A stretch of DNA of 64,000 nt, taken from the IMG/VR virus record IMGVR_UViG_3300037067_021960, positions 7,061 through 71,060 of that record. One strand, 5' to 3'. Each line of letters opens with the position of its first letter. Within the stretch, counting starts at the first letter, position 1. This document shows positions 9,792-19,392 of this stretch, in pieces. The translations under genes and the position numbers were made by a program. Under the pieces are notes generated by a model. That model searched no databases. It worked only from the letters and a program-made list of their open reading frames with translations, and was not told the origin of the DNA. The stretch is from a virus (lineage: Duplodnaviria > Caudoviricetes).

Positions 9792-10022
9792 TCACCCCCC
9801 AATTGCCTTGCTGGCCGCGACATGGACGTCGTTTCCCTCTGACTCTCTCCTCTCCCGCAGGCGCTTGGAGTAGTACTCGCCAACCAGGCGCTTGGAGTAG
9901 TACTCGCCAACCTCGCCCTGGAAGAACGGATCGCCCGCTGGAGCGAACCGCCACTTGCGCAGAAGAGCCTCGTACGGTGCGGTGTCGATCCAGTGCTTCA
10001 TCTCGGCTTGCGTCACGTTCAC
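9792..10022 (-). CDS. Small phage protein with an internal 9-aa duplication
   Basis: WIDTAPYEALLRKWRFAPAGDPFFQGE; VGEYYSKRL occurs twice. Confidence 0.7.
   Translation of the reverse strand: MNVTQAEMKHWIDTAPYEALLRKWRFAPAGDPFFQGEVGEYYSKRLVGEYYSKRLRERRESEGNDVHVAASKAIGG
9858..9911. repeat. Perfect 27-bp tandem duplication
   Basis: caggcgcttggagtagtactcgccaac x2. Confidence 0.97.
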
Positions 10023-10321
10023 CCCTCCTTGCGTGGGTGCGGTCCAGTGTTAGCCAAGTGCCTGTTCGCTTGCTCTGGGCTCAGTACCAACAGCATCCGC
10101 CCATCCTGTAGGTGGATTTCGCCTCGCCTCTTTCCGTGGCCACAACAGCTTCCTCTCATCGGGACTCCGCCGTCCGATAGAGCGCGGACAATGGGAGCAA
10201 TGCACGCGTCGATCCCTACAACCTTCCAATGAGCCTTGCCATCACACGACAGATCCTTCGGAACGATAACCCTCACGGGAACGTCGTTCAGCCTACAGTG
10301 CCGGCAGTTGCTGTTCATCAC
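10019..10321 (-). CDS. Hypothetical phage protein
   Basis: GIDACIAPIVRAL...SCCGHGK motif. Confidence 0.65.
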   Translation of the reverse strand: MMNSNCRHCRLNDVPVRVIVPKDLSCDGKAHWKVVGIDACIAPIVRALSDGGVPMRGSCCGHGKRRGEIHLQDGRMLLVLSPEQANRHLANTGPHPRKEG

Positions 10322-10653
10322 CCCTCCCCGCGTGCGAGCGCGATGCGCTCCTCAACGTTCTTGCGGGCCCGCTGCAGCGCCCGTAGGCCGTTCCACCGCT
10401 CCATATCCTCTGCGATACGGATCGCGTCGTCGAGGGCGTCGCTCTCGCGGTACAGGGCCGTGACCTCAGCCCGAGTGTGCCCCGGCGCGAGAACGTGAAG
10501 AGAGGCGGCCCCGGAGAGCCGCCCCCCTTCCCCCTCAACGGCGACCCGTGGTCGCCCATGCTCGAGGCTCCGTAGCAGACTCTCTCCACTGATGGGTTTG
10601 CTGGTAGGCTCGTCCGTGAATCGGACAGACTCGTGCGACTGCGCTGCGACCAT
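10318..10653 (-). CDS. Hypothetical protein, first gene of the leftward early operon
   Basis: GGAGG RBS; lies just downstream of promoter site B. Confidence 0.55.
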   Translation of the reverse strand: MVAAQSHESVRFTDEPTSKPISGESLLRSLEHGRPRVAVEGEGGRLSGAASLHVLAPGHTRAEVTALYRESDALDDAIRIAEDMERWNGLRALQRARKNVEERIALARGEG

Positions 10654-10683
10654 CTCTGCCTCCCGCCGTTGAGTGTTCGAACC

Positions 10684-10712
10684 ACCATAACCTCACACGG
10701 GGTTATTGTCAA
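10684..10712 (-). promoter_or_regulatory. Sigma70-type promoter with palindromic operator (site B)
   Basis: TTGACA-17-TATGGT; ATAACCTC-ACAC-GGGGTTAT at 10687-10706. Confidence 0.85.
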
Positions 10713-10725
10713 GAGGCGAAGTGTG

Positions 10726-10749
10726 GCAACAAAAGAACCCTTTTGTTGC
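10726..10749. repeat. 10-bp perfect inverted repeat (terminator or protein-binding site)
   Basis: GCAACAAAAG-AACC-CTTTTGTTGC between the divergent early and par units. Confidence 0.6.
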
Positions 10750-10997
10750 GAGAACGGCACAAGACTAGAACTGGACTGCATCCGTGCAGCGATCGAGCCA
10801 AACGGCCCGCGAATCGCCTCGGATGTCTCGACGGGGCTCCACTGTGGCCCCGATCGCTCACTTTTGGGGCCCGTTCTGGACAAGCGTCCCATCGCAGCGT
10901 GACAGGCGTCCACTGAGGCCTCGGCGACCATCGGGCGGCCGATGACGGCCAGGCGTCTTACCCTCTTTCCACGTTCGCGGGTTACCATGAACCCGTC

Positions 10998-11747
10998 ATG
11001 CCGACGATCGCGATCGCGAACCAGAAGGGTGGGGTGGGGAAGACAACAACGACAGTCACCCTGGCCGCTGCACTCACGCGGAAGCGGAAGCGAGTGCTGT
11101 GCGTCGACCTCGACCCGCAAGCCGGCTTGACGCTTTCCTGCGTTGCCCCCGAGCGGACGCCGACCGAGACGATCTACTCGGTCCTCATCCACCCGGAGAA
11201 GCTTGCCGGCGCGATCGCTCCCTCCGAGGAGGGGTTCGACGTCGTGGTAGGCTCTCAGCACCTCGCCGCGGCCGAGCTCGAGCTGGCGAGCCGCCAAGAC
11301 CGTGCGAGCCGCCTGGCGACCCTCCTGCGCGGCGACAGCCACGACTACGTCCTCATCGACTGCCCGCCGTCGCTCGGGCTCCTGTCGATCAACGCCCTCG
11401 TCGCGGCGCGCTACGTGCTCGTCCCGGTGGCCACCGAGTACCTCGCTCTCCAGGGCCTGGCGCTCCTCGTCGACACGATCGAGCGGACGAAGGCCCTCAA
11501 CCCGGCGCTCGAGCTCCTTGGGATCCTCCCAACGATGATGGACCGCCGGACGCTCCACTCCCGCGAGGTTCTCGACGTCCTCCAGAAGCGGTTCCCGGGT
11601 GAGGTCTTCCAGCCTGTCTACCGCACGGTGCGGTTCAACGAGGCGCCCTTGCTCCGTCGGTCGATCATCTCGTACGCCCCGCGATCGCAAGGGGCGAAGT
11701 CGTACACCCATCTTGCGAAGGAGGTCATCCGCCATGCCAGGGGCTAA
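10998..11747 (+). CDS. parA: ParA/Soj-family partition ATPase
   Basis: NQKGGVGKTTT, VDLDPQ, IDCPPSLGLL, GILPTM. Confidence 0.95.
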   Translation: MPTIAIANQKGGVGKTTTTVTLAAALTRKRKRVLCVDLDPQAGLTLSCVAPERTPTETIYSVLIHPEKLAGAIAPSEEGFDVVVGSQHLAAAELELASRQDRASRLATLLRGDSHDYVLIDCPPSLGLLSINALVAARYVLVPVATEYLALQGLALLVDTIERTKALNPALELLGILPTMMDRRTLHSREVLDVLQKRFPGEVFQPVYRTVRFNEAPLLRRSIISYAPRSQGAKSYTHLAKEVIRHARG

Positions 11748-12036
11748 GCGCGCGACGCTGTCGGAAGCAGGCATCGATGCGATGTTCACGAAGCCGGCCG
11801 CGACCGCCACGGCCGCCAGCGACGATCTGACGGAGAAAGAGACGCTCTACCTCTCGGCCGAGGCCCGCGACTGCCTCGAGGACCTGCACCGCGAGCTCCG
11901 CCGTGGCGCCGACGGCCGGCCGGCGATCGCCCGTTCGGTCGCTTCGAAGTCGCGGATCCTCGACGCGTTGCTTCGTCTGTACTCGACGAACGTCGACGAG
12001 ATCGCCCGCCAGATCACGAACTCGCCCGGTCTCTAG
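11734..12036 (+). CDS. Small ParA partner (ParG/RHH-like centromere-binding candidate)
   Basis: Overlaps the parA end; KETLYLS...SKSRILDALL fits a ribbon-helix-helix pattern. Confidence 0.6.
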   Translation: MPGAKRATLSEAGIDAMFTKPAATATAASDDLTEKETLYLSAEARDCLEDLHRELRRGADGRPAIARSVASKSRILDALLRLYSTNVDEIARQITNSPGL

Positions 12037-12063
12037 ACACAACGACACAACAAGGTGTACACT
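12034..12063 (+). promoter_or_regulatory. Promoter for a probably leaderless transcript
   Basis: TAGACA-18-(TG)TACACT; ATG begins after a 7-nt gap. Confidence 0.6.
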
Positions 12064-12070
12064 GCCCGGT

Positions 12071-12364
12071 ATGAGACAGTTCGATGTCTTTGAGGAACAG
12101 GGACGCCTAGAGCGGCGGAAAGAGGAGAAGCCCCGCGCGATCGGCCTCGGGGTAATCGCGCTCCTGGCTTTCTTCCTTGGGCTCGGCATCGGCGAAGCCA
12201 CACACGTCTACGCGCTCTCGGTGATCGGCTGCCTGGCAGGGATCTTCCTCGCCATGATCGCAATCGACAACCGCGACACCAAGGGCACCGCGGTCACGAC
12301 CATCGTCCTTGCGGCCCTCTACCTCATCTACACGCTCAGCGGGCAGATCCAGGCAATGCAGTAG
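12071..12364 (+). CDS. Small membrane protein (about 3 TM)
   Basis: Three hydrophobic segments in 97 aa. Confidence 0.75.
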   Translation: MRQFDVFEEQGRLERRKEEKPRAIGLGVIALLAFFLGLGIGEATHVYALSVIGCLAGIFLAMIAIDNRDTKGTAVTTIVLAALYLIYTLSGQIQAMQ

Positions 12365-12384
12365 GACAGGCAGGCCGCCGTCAC

Positions 12385-13620
12385 TCACTCCGCAACCAAG
12401 TGCGGCTCGAGACCCATCTCGGAGAGCCTCTCCAAGGTAACAGCCACAAAGCGAGGATCAAGCTCCATTCCCACGCCGGTTCGACCGATAGCCTCGGCCG
12501 CGGCGATCGCTGTCCCCGTGCCGAGGAAGGCGTCCGCCACGAGGTCCCTGGGCACGGTGTGGTTCCGGAACGCGCGGATGTACAACTCCGCTGGCTTCTG
12601 GGAGACATGGCCGCCGTCGAACGCGTCGAGCTCGTCGTCCCCACGTTGCACTGCCCCCTGGTTCGCCACCTCCCAGACGGTCGTCTGCTTGCGATCGCCG
12701 TGCCACGAGGCCGTCTCACCGCTCCGGACCGCGTACCAGCACGGCTCGTGCCGCCAGTGGTAGTGCCCGCGGGACAGGACGAGCGCCTGCTTCACCCAGA
12801 CGATCTGCGAGCGGATCTCGTACCCGGACCGAATGAGCGACTCGGCCACGACATGGGCGAACACGCCGGCGTGCCAGACGTACAGGATCGGCGCATCCCA
12901 CAGCGGCCACGCCTCGGACCAGTCAACACGGTCGTCGTTCTGGATGGTTCCCACCGTCTGCTGCCCGCCGAGGACCTCCTCGCGCCACGCGCTGTCGTAG
13001 TCGACCCCGTACGGGGGATCCGTCATCATGAACGCCGGACGCGCGTCGCGAAGTAGCTTCGATACGTTGTCCGCGCTGCACGCGTCACCGCACATGACCC
13101 GGTGGATGGCACCAAGGCTCACTTTGGAGGCCATCTCCCACACCTGGCCGCGCTCGACCTTCCACTTCGCCTGGAGTTCGTCCGCTCGCTCCGTCGGGGC
13201 CGGCGGGATCTTCTCGGCCGCAGAGTCCACCGTCTCGATCGCGTCGATGTCGAACCCGAGCATGTCGACGGAGAAACCCTCATCGAGAAGGAACTTCAAC
13301 TGCCCGTGCACAACCTCGTCGTCGAACCACGACAGATCGCCCGAGCGGTTGTCGGCCAGCGCGAACGCCGTCGCCGTGGCCTCATCGTCGTCCGCGTACA
13401 CCACGGCAATGGTCTCCCAGCCGAGGTCTTCCACGGCCTCGTGAAGGCCATTGCCCTTCTCGATGACGTTGGTCCTGCGGTTCACGACGATCGGAACACG
13501 CTGCCCGAACCTCTCCAAGAGGCCCTGCAGAACCTTGATCTGCTCGGGGCTATGAACTCGCGCGTTGTTCGGGTCCCGGGTGAGTGACGCTACCGGCACC
13601 TGATGCACCGTGAGGTCCAT
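12385..13620 (-). CDS. ParB-like domain fused to an N6/N4 DNA methyltransferase
   Basis: DPNNARVH...GNGLHEA...ADNR (ParB-like); TDPPY, QKP, DAFLGTGT, GMELDP. Confidence 0.9.
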   Translation of the reverse strand: MDLTVHQVPVASLTRDPNNARVHSPEQIKVLQGLLERFGQRVPIVVNRRTNVIEKGNGLHEAVEDLGWETIAVVYADDDEATATAFALADNRSGDLSWFDDEVVHGQLKFLLDEGFSVDMLGFDIDAIETVDSAAEKIPPAPTERADELQAKWKVERGQVWEMASKVSLGAIHRVMCGDACSADNVSKLLRDARPAFMMTDPPYGVDYDSAWREEVLGGQQTVGTIQNDDRVDWSEAWPLWDAPILYVWHAGVFAHVVAESLIRSGYEIRSQIVWVKQALVLSRGHYHWRHEPCWYAVRSGETASWHGDRKQTTVWEVANQGAVQRGDDELDAFDGGHVSQKPAELYIRAFRNHTVPRDLVADAFLGTGTAIAAAEAIGRTGVGMELDPRFVAVTLERLSEMGLEPHLVAE

Positions 13621-13823
13621 GCTCACCGCCTCGCAAGGAGCCGCTCGACCCACACGAACGGCGTCCAGCGGCCGCGCCAGTAGATCCGGCTCGTCACAGT
13701 GGTCGGTGTGGACATGGTTCGAAAGGTGCGCCAATCAATACTGAGTCTGCGTCTGCGACGTTTCACGGCAAGCCCCCTTGGTGGTTTCCCGTCTTCCCGC
13801 CTAGACGGGTTCCTGTCTCTCCG

Positions 13824-14816
13824 TCATAACGCCAGGCGCACTTGCTGGCGCGTCGTGCGCTGCTTCCCATACACGGACAGAACCTCCCCCTCGACGACCT
13901 CTCGGAAGCAGCGGCAAAGGATCGCCTCGCCGGGGTGGCCGTCCTCGGGAGGCTCGTCGATCGAGTAGATCTGGCCCTCGCGGTCCCAGTGCGACGGCCG
14001 GGCACGCGGATAGCGCCCGTTCGGGTTGCCGCGTACGCGTTCGTCGCCCATGTTCCGCCAGATGTAGGTTGTGAGCCCGGCTTGGTGCCAATGCTCGTCG
14101 GACACCGCTGCGGTGAAGGATCCGCACTGGTCACGGGCGATGATCCCGGCACGCTTCCAGGTGACCGGGTAGACCTCCTGGATCGCCTTCTTGATGTCCT
14201 TCAGCATCGACCCCGAGCGCATGCCGTTCAGGACGACGCGCTCGATGTCACCGAAGTAGGTCTGCGGGATCGTCTTGATGAGGGAGACCTGCTCCTTCAC
14301 GTGCGCGGTGACGATGTCGTACAGCCGTGCGTTCTTGATGAGCGGGTCGATGCCGGTGATCGACTTGATGGTCTTCTTCCACTGGCGCTCGCAGTACGCC
14401 CGGATCTGGTGAGCGTACTCGTACATCTCCTGCTCGAGGATCGCGTCGTCGAGGGCGCCGAGCATGATCGCCTTGAGGCGCTCGAGCGCCGCGACTACCT
14501 CCTCGATGTCATCCGTTCGCACCGCAGACGCCGCGTCGTCGGTCCGGCGTTCCCTCTCCCATCGCTCGATCGCCGGCAGAAGCTCTGTCTCGAGGGCAGC
14601 CGCGAGGAGCCTCTTCTGGTTCTCGATCAGCTCGCGCAGGTAGCGCATGTATTTATAAGCGTAGGCTGTTGGGAAACGGATCCCGCGCGCGCGGCGCCGG
14701 CGCACCCGGCGGACCGTCGGCTCGTCCGCGTCGAACAGCGCCTCGTAGGCGTCGTTGACCTGCCCGACGTCAGCGAGGAGCTCAATGAGTAGACGAGACC
14801 GAGTACTTAGCGACAT
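13824..14816 (-). CDS. Phage head morphogenesis protein (SPP1 gp7/MuF family)
   Basis: IARDQ, YIWRNMGDERVR, HPGEAILCRC. Confidence 0.9.
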   Translation of the reverse strand: MSLSTRSRLLIELLADVGQVNDAYEALFDADEPTVRRVRRRRARGIRFPTAYAYKYMRYLRELIENQKRLLAAALETELLPAIERWERERRTDDAASAVRTDDIEEVVAALERLKAIMLGALDDAILEQEMYEYAHQIRAYCERQWKKTIKSITGIDPLIKNARLYDIVTAHVKEQVSLIKTIPQTYFGDIERVVLNGMRSGSMLKDIKKAIQEVYPVTWKRAGIIARDQCGSFTAAVSDEHWHQAGLTTYIWRNMGDERVRGNPNGRYPRARPSHWDREGQIYSIDEPPEDGHPGEAILCRCFREVVEGEVLSVYGKQRTTRQQVRLAL

Positions 14817-14984
14817 CGCGCACCTTCGCTGTCTCTGTGACACACCCACGCCCCACCGGCCAGATCTCCCGGACGCGCTGGCCGCGTCGCGCCTTTGGAC
14901 CGACGGTCGACGACACGTACTGGACGTCCTGCCAGCGGCCGCAGGAGCGCTCCTGGATGGCCCACTGGCGCACGGCCTTGTCAT

Positions 14985-15737
14985 TCATGTCCGGCTCCCG
15001 GCAAAGAGGCGCGTCCGCGACATGAACACCTTGCGGTTCCGCTCGATGTTCGCGTAATGGTCCCGGCCGCGCGGGTGGTAGAGGTGAGTCACGCCGGCCC
15101 GCGGCTCGTAGAGGACATCCCCGCCCGCCTGGTAGACACGGACGGCGTAGTCGGTCTCCTCCCAGCCAAAGCCGCCGTCGTAAGAGGTCTCGAAGACCCC
15201 GACCGTGTCGAATGCGGCCGCCGTGACGAGCATATTCCCGCCCCCGCCGCGTTCGAACAGGCTCACTTCCCGCCGGCGGAGCGCCCCGCGGTCGTGGACG
15301 CGCGGATCCTCGTCGACCGTTCCATCCGCACGCTCATGCTCCGTAGAGCCAAACAGCATCGTTACGCCCGCTGGATCGACGTCGCGATAGGCGTCGAGCC
15401 ATCCAAGGCCCGGCAAGCAGTCAGCGTCGAGGAACACGTACGCAGCCATATTAGGGACCGCACGGACCCCGTCATTGCGCTGCGATGCCAGCCGCCACTG
15501 CCGGCCGACAGAGGCCTGCCGGCAATCCACAATCCGGCACGCGATCGCTTCCTCGCCCATCATAACCATGACGTCAGGCAGCCACCATTGGTCGTCCGAT
15601 GCCGAGAGGACAAGGCAATCACTCTCTGTCATCTGCCGCGTTACCTCATCGAGCACCGCGACGAGCGCATTCAGGCGTGTCGTGTCTCCAGGAGGAACGT
15701 GAACAGGGATGACAATCCCTAGCGACGGTGCCCTCAT
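14985..15737 (-). CDS. Glycosyltransferase family 2
   Basis: IVIPV, RNDGV, FLDADCLP (DxD), GFGWEETDYA, HLYH. Confidence 0.88.
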   Translation of the reverse strand: MRAPSLGIVIPVHVPPGDTTRLNALVAVLDEVTRQMTESDCLVLSASDDQWWLPDVMVMMGEEAIACRIVDCRQASVGRQWRLASQRNDGVRAVPNMAAYVFLDADCLPGLGWLDAYRDVDPAGVTMLFGSTEHERADGTVDEDPRVHDRGALRRREVSLFERGGGGNMLVTAAAFDTVGVFETSYDGGFGWEETDYAVRVYQAGGDVLYEPRAGVTHLYHPRGRDHYANIERNRKVFMSRTRLFAGSRT

Positions 15738-16132
15738 GCCTCTTTCTCCCCCTCGCTCTCGGCAGGCTCGGCCGGCTCGCACACAGGCACCATGCCAAGC
15801 GCCTGGAACGGCATCGAGATCGCGAGCTCGTCGGCTCCCATCTGTCCGAATCGAGCGTCACGGAAGAACCGCAACACGTGCGACATGCAACAGAACTCGA
15901 ATTGCAGCTTCTTGGGCGATTGCAGCACAGGCCGGTACTCGACGCTGATGAACACCCGCCCTTCGGATGACGGGAAGATCATCCTCACGTCCGAGGAGAT
16001 CCCGCGCCCGAACACGTCGATCGTCCGCGGGCACTCGGTCACGATCAGGCCGCCGCAGAAGTCGCAGTAGATCTTCTCCTGCACGACGTGCAGACAACCC
16101 CGATCGCAGCGTTCCGTGACCCGTTCGCGCAC
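15734..16132 (-). CDS. Hypothetical Cys-containing protein
   Basis: GGAGG RBS; YCDFCGG...FCCMSH. Confidence 0.55.
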   Translation of the reverse strand: MRERVTERCDRGCLHVVQEKIYCDFCGGLIVTECPRTIDVFGRGISSDVRMIFPSSEGRVFISVEYRPVLQSPKKLQFEFCCMSHVLRFFRDARFGQMGADELAISMPFQALGMVPVCEPAEPAESEGEKEA

Positions 16133-16157
16133 CGTGCCTCCCGGCCGCCATCCTACG

Positions 16158-16394
16158 TTACCCGTCGACTGCCGACAAAGCGGGTTCCTGGGATGCCATC
16201 TTCCCGGCTTTCCTCTCGGCTTCCGGCGACAGGATGATCGTCGCGACTCGCTCCAACCCGAGCACGATGGCCTCAGCAAGCGCCTGCACCTCAAGAGAGT
16301 TCCGCATGTTGACGTAGCCGCCGTGGCTCTTGCACGTTCGCACCACGCTCTCTTTGAGCACCTTCCGGCGGTTCCTTCTCAGAGCGTCATGCAT
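16158..16394 (-). CDS. Small hypothetical protein
   Basis: Coupled to the epimerase stop. Confidence 0.5.
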   Translation of the reverse strand: MHDALRRNRRKVLKESVVRTCKSHGGYVNMRNSLEVQALAEAIVLGLERVATIILSPEAERKAGKMASQEPALSAVDG

Positions 16395-17334
16395 GCACGG
16401 CCTCCTTCCGCGACAGCTCCGCGGCCATGCGTTCCAGACCGTCCGCAAGCTCGACCTGAGTCCAGAACCCCAGCATGCCGAGGATCAGGTTCGAATCCAG
16501 AACGCTGTGCACGATGTCTGCCTCCCGCGGCTCATCGCGCTCGACAACGATCTCCTGGTACTTCTGCTGGAACCAGTCGACAAGCGTGTTGATCGTCGTT
16601 CCTTTGCCCGTGGAGACGTTCAAGATGGCGTTCTTGATCGCCGCTTCGCCTGATGTTGGCGCGCGCAGACAGGTATAGATCGCGCGGACGATGTCATCCA
16701 CGTGGACGAAATCGCGCACCTGCTCGCCAGTGCCATACACCCGCAGCGGCAGATCCCCAGCTACCGCCCGGAAGAACTCCGGGATCACGCCCGGCACGTC
16801 GAGGGCGCCGTAGACATTGCCGAACCGCAGTGAGATGACACTCGGCCGCGCTGCCTTCTGGCGTACGATCTGCTCGTCCCACAGCTTCGTGTTGCCGTAC
16901 ACCCCCGCCGGCGAAAGCACGGCCGTCTCATCTGCCCGTTCGCTCTCCCCGTATACCGCAGCCGACGAAGCAACGATGACTCGCTGTACGCTCTCACAGA
17001 GCCGTGCCGCCCGGAACACAGCCGCCGTGCCGAGCACGTTCACGCCAATCGCCCGCTCACGGTCGTCCTCGCACGTCTGCACGTCGGAGACCGCTGCAAG
17101 GTGAACGATCGCTTCGACCTGCAGGAGATCGACCAGGCGCTCAAGCTGGTCGGAGTCCAGTATGTCGAACGGAGAGAGAAGCACTCGCCCAACACGGAGC
17201 AGGTCCTCGATCCGCTCGCTCTTTCCGGTGGAGAGGTTGTCTACGACTGCAACCGCGTGTCCCTCCTCTACCAACGCCCGTACCAGCCTTGAGCCAATGA
17301 ACCCCGCGCCGCCTGTCACGAGGATCCTCACCAT
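16387..17334 (-). CDS. NAD-dependent epimerase/dehydratase (GalE-like)
   Basis: VTGGAGFIGS, VDNLSTG, HLAA, SSAAVYG, YGNTK, LRFGNVYG, RDFVHVDD. Confidence 0.93.
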   Translation of the reverse strand: MVRILVTGGAGFIGSRLVRALVEEGHAVAVVDNLSTGKSERIEDLLRVGRVLLSPFDILDSDQLERLVDLLQVEAIVHLAAVSDVQTCEDDRERAIGVNVLGTAAVFRAARLCESVQRVIVASSAAVYGESERADETAVLSPAGVYGNTKLWDEQIVRQKAARPSVISLRFGNVYGALDVPGVIPEFFRAVAGDLPLRVYGTGEQVRDFVHVDDIVRAIYTCLRAPTSGEAAIKNAILNVSTGKGTTINTLVDWFQQKYQEIVVERDEPREADIVHSVLDSNLILGMLGFWTQVELADGLERMAAELSRKEAVHA

Positions 17335-17365
17335 TCCCTCCTTGCCGTCTTCACGGCTTCTCGTC

Positions 17366-18022
17366 TTACCAGCGCTGGAACACGCGTGCATCCACTTCAC
17401 GACAGCGCGCGATTCCGGCCTTCGTGTCGATCCGTCCCCACTCCGCGTTGTAGAACGCGTACTGGTCCACGATGTCATTCGGCAGCGCTCGCAGTCCGTC
17501 GACGAGCCGTACGCCACCCGCCTCCTCGGCTTTCGCTACGGTGGACCAGAAGCGCGGACAGCGGTTCACCCGGACGGCGCCGACAATGAACTGGCCACCT
17601 TCGTAGAAGCGCTCAGTCGCCCCATCGACTGTCTCCCCCGTGACGAGCGCCGCTATCGTGTTCTCCCGCACGTCGAAAAGGCTGTCGAGGTCAGTCACAT
17701 ACACGCCCGGCTGGAGGATGATCACGTCCTCCAGGCGGTACTCGAAGAGGAGCGACAGCGCGTGGAGGTCGCCCTGCTCGTCGTAGTCGATCACGATCTC
17801 GGTGCTATCTAGGATCCGACCCGTCAGAGCGTCGCGCAGCGCGAGCGTGTCCTTCTGCCCAGCGACGAGCACGATCCTCGTACAGCCTGCCTGCTGCAGA
17901 ACGAGTCCCAACCGCTGGATGAACAGCACACCTGGCTGCGCTTCGCCAAGCAGCGCTCCCGCACCGTCTTTGGCAACAAGGAGGATCCCCGTCCGCTCAC
18001 GCTCTTCGTTGTCGCCGGACAT
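17366..18022 (-). CDS. Divergent nucleotidyltransferase-fold protein
   Basis: ILLVAKDG...RLGLVLQQAGCTRIVLVAG and WGRIDT echo NTP_transferase/LicC-like folds; the catalytic G-rich motif is eroded. Confidence 0.55.
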   Translation of the reverse strand: MSGDNEERERTGILLVAKDGAGALLGEAQPGVLFIQRLGLVLQQAGCTRIVLVAGQKDTLALRDALTGRILDSTEIVIDYDEQGDLHALSLLFEYRLEDVIILQPGVYVTDLDSLFDVRENTIAALVTGETVDGATERFYEGGQFIVGAVRVNRCPRFWSTVAKAEEAGGVRLVDGLRALPNDIVDQYAFYNAEWGRIDTKAGIARCREVDARVFQRW

Positions 18023-18677
18023 GGCACCCCCTCCCCAGCTCGAGATCGCCCACTCGGTCGTCCAAGTCGACCGTAAGAACCAGTGGCTTCGCCTGCATGA
18101 CTATGACGCGGTACAGGCCCGACGCTACACCCAAGTCGACCAACTCTCGCTTGCACCGCAGGTGCCTGTCCTTCACATTCTTCGACGCGAAGTTGACCTT
18201 GTAGTCACCCTCGCCATCCGTCCGGAGGTCAAAGCGCAGCACTCTCTCCTTGCGGTAGACATCCATGCTGCGGAATCGCGTCAGCTGGTGCTCGGCGACC
18301 GTGGCCACCGGGAAGACCACCTGTCCCGCTTTCGTCACGCTGATCGTCCCCGCAGGATTGCGCGGGCCGCCGCCACGCCGCACACGCACCCGCTCCCACC
18401 CGTCGCCGGCCGCAACGGCCGGCTCTGTCTTCCTCCGCCCCTTACGCGGATGGATCTGGACCTCTTTCCTGATGTGCTTGGTCCGCAGAATGGAGTCGAT
18501 CTCCGCAACCGTGATCATGCTCGCCGCGATCTCCGCCTCCGACTTCTTCGTGTGGAGGCGTCGCTCCTTCTCACGCCACTCGTCCACCCATGCCTGCTTC
18601 TCCTCCTGTGTCACCGGCGGCGGATCCGTAGCATCGAGCGCCTTGATGAGACTGCTCAGGCACTTCACCTCAGGCAT
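17997..18677 (-). CDS. Hypothetical protein
   Basis: 226-aa ORF coupled on both sides. Confidence 0.65.
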   Translation of the reverse strand: MPEVKCLSSLIKALDATDPPPVTQEEKQAWVDEWREKERRLHTKKSEAEIAASMITVAEIDSILRTKHIRKEVQIHPRKGRRKTEPAVAAGDGWERVRVRRGGGPRNPAGTISVTKAGQVVFPVATVAEHQLTRFRSMDVYRKERVLRFDLRTDGEGDYKVNFASKNVKDRHLRCKRELVDLGVASGLYRVIVMQAKPLVLTVDLDDRVGDLELGRGCHVRRQRRA

Positions 18678-19206
18678 GCCGTGCCCTCCTCCGGCGCCAG
18701 GCACGGATCCCAAGCCATCCGAGGGCCATCGCGGCCAGCCCGCCGAACACGATCCCCACCGTGCGCCACACAACCGTCGATGCCGGCCACATCGGAGCGA
18801 CATCCTCCACGAGGTCGCGGGTGATCGTCGCGATCGCTGTCGTCCGCTCCTCGACGTGCTGCACGGTCGTCTCGAGCGCCGCGGCCCGTTGGTCGATCGC
18901 CGTCACGCGCACGTCGATGCTCGCCTTCGCCTGTGCCGACGCCGCTGACACGCTCGCCGCTACTGCTCCCGCGATCGTTCCCCCTGCCTCCAGCTCCGCT
19001 CCCACGACTTCATGCACCCGTTGCGTCACGTACGGGTCCAGTAGGCCGTACAACGCCTCCGGGTCCACGGGGATCTGCTCGGTGCGTGTCAGCTGCTCGC
19101 TGTAGGAGTACTGCAGCACGGGCGCCGGTGGCATCACGAGGACCGCAACCGCCCCGGCCACCAACGCGACCCACCCAATCAGAAACAGCCTGCCCGTCCA
19201 GTCCAT
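18670..19206 (-). CDS. Membrane protein (2 TM flanking a coiled coil)
   Basis: Hydrophobic N- and C-terminal segments and a basic tail. Confidence 0.75.
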   Translation of the reverse strand: MDWTGRLFLIGWVALVAGAVAVLVMPPAPVLQYSYSEQLTRTEQIPVDPEALYGLLDPYVTQRVHEVVGAELEAGGTIAGAVAASVSAASAQAKASIDVRVTAIDQRAAALETTVQHVEERTTAIATITRDLVEDVAPMWPASTVVWRTVGIVFGGLAAMALGWLGIRAWRRRRARHA

Positions 19207-19254
19207 AGTCTGAGCCCCCTTCGTGCGCTTGCGCGCCTTGCCGTCTTTCCGCCT

Positions 19255-19392
19255 TTACGGCTTCACCAGTTGCTGCTTCCCGAGGATGCGACGTACCTCG
19301 TTCTCGCGGTACCACCACTTTCGCTGCTCACGGCTGTACTCTTTCCACGTCTTCTTCCTGCTGCCCCTGAACTCATACCACACGATCGGCAC
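19255..19392 (-). CDS. Small basic hypothetical protein
   Basis: Manual translation MPIVWYEFRGSRKKTWKEY... Confidence 0.45.
   Translation of the reverse strand: MPIVWYEFRGSRKKTWKEYSREQRKWWYRENEVRRILGKQQLVKP

Noticed and set aside
10653-10998. tRNA or other known RNA gene in the largest intergenic gap
   Set aside because: No cloverleaf, T-loop or CCA pattern recognised; explained by promoters and inverted repeats
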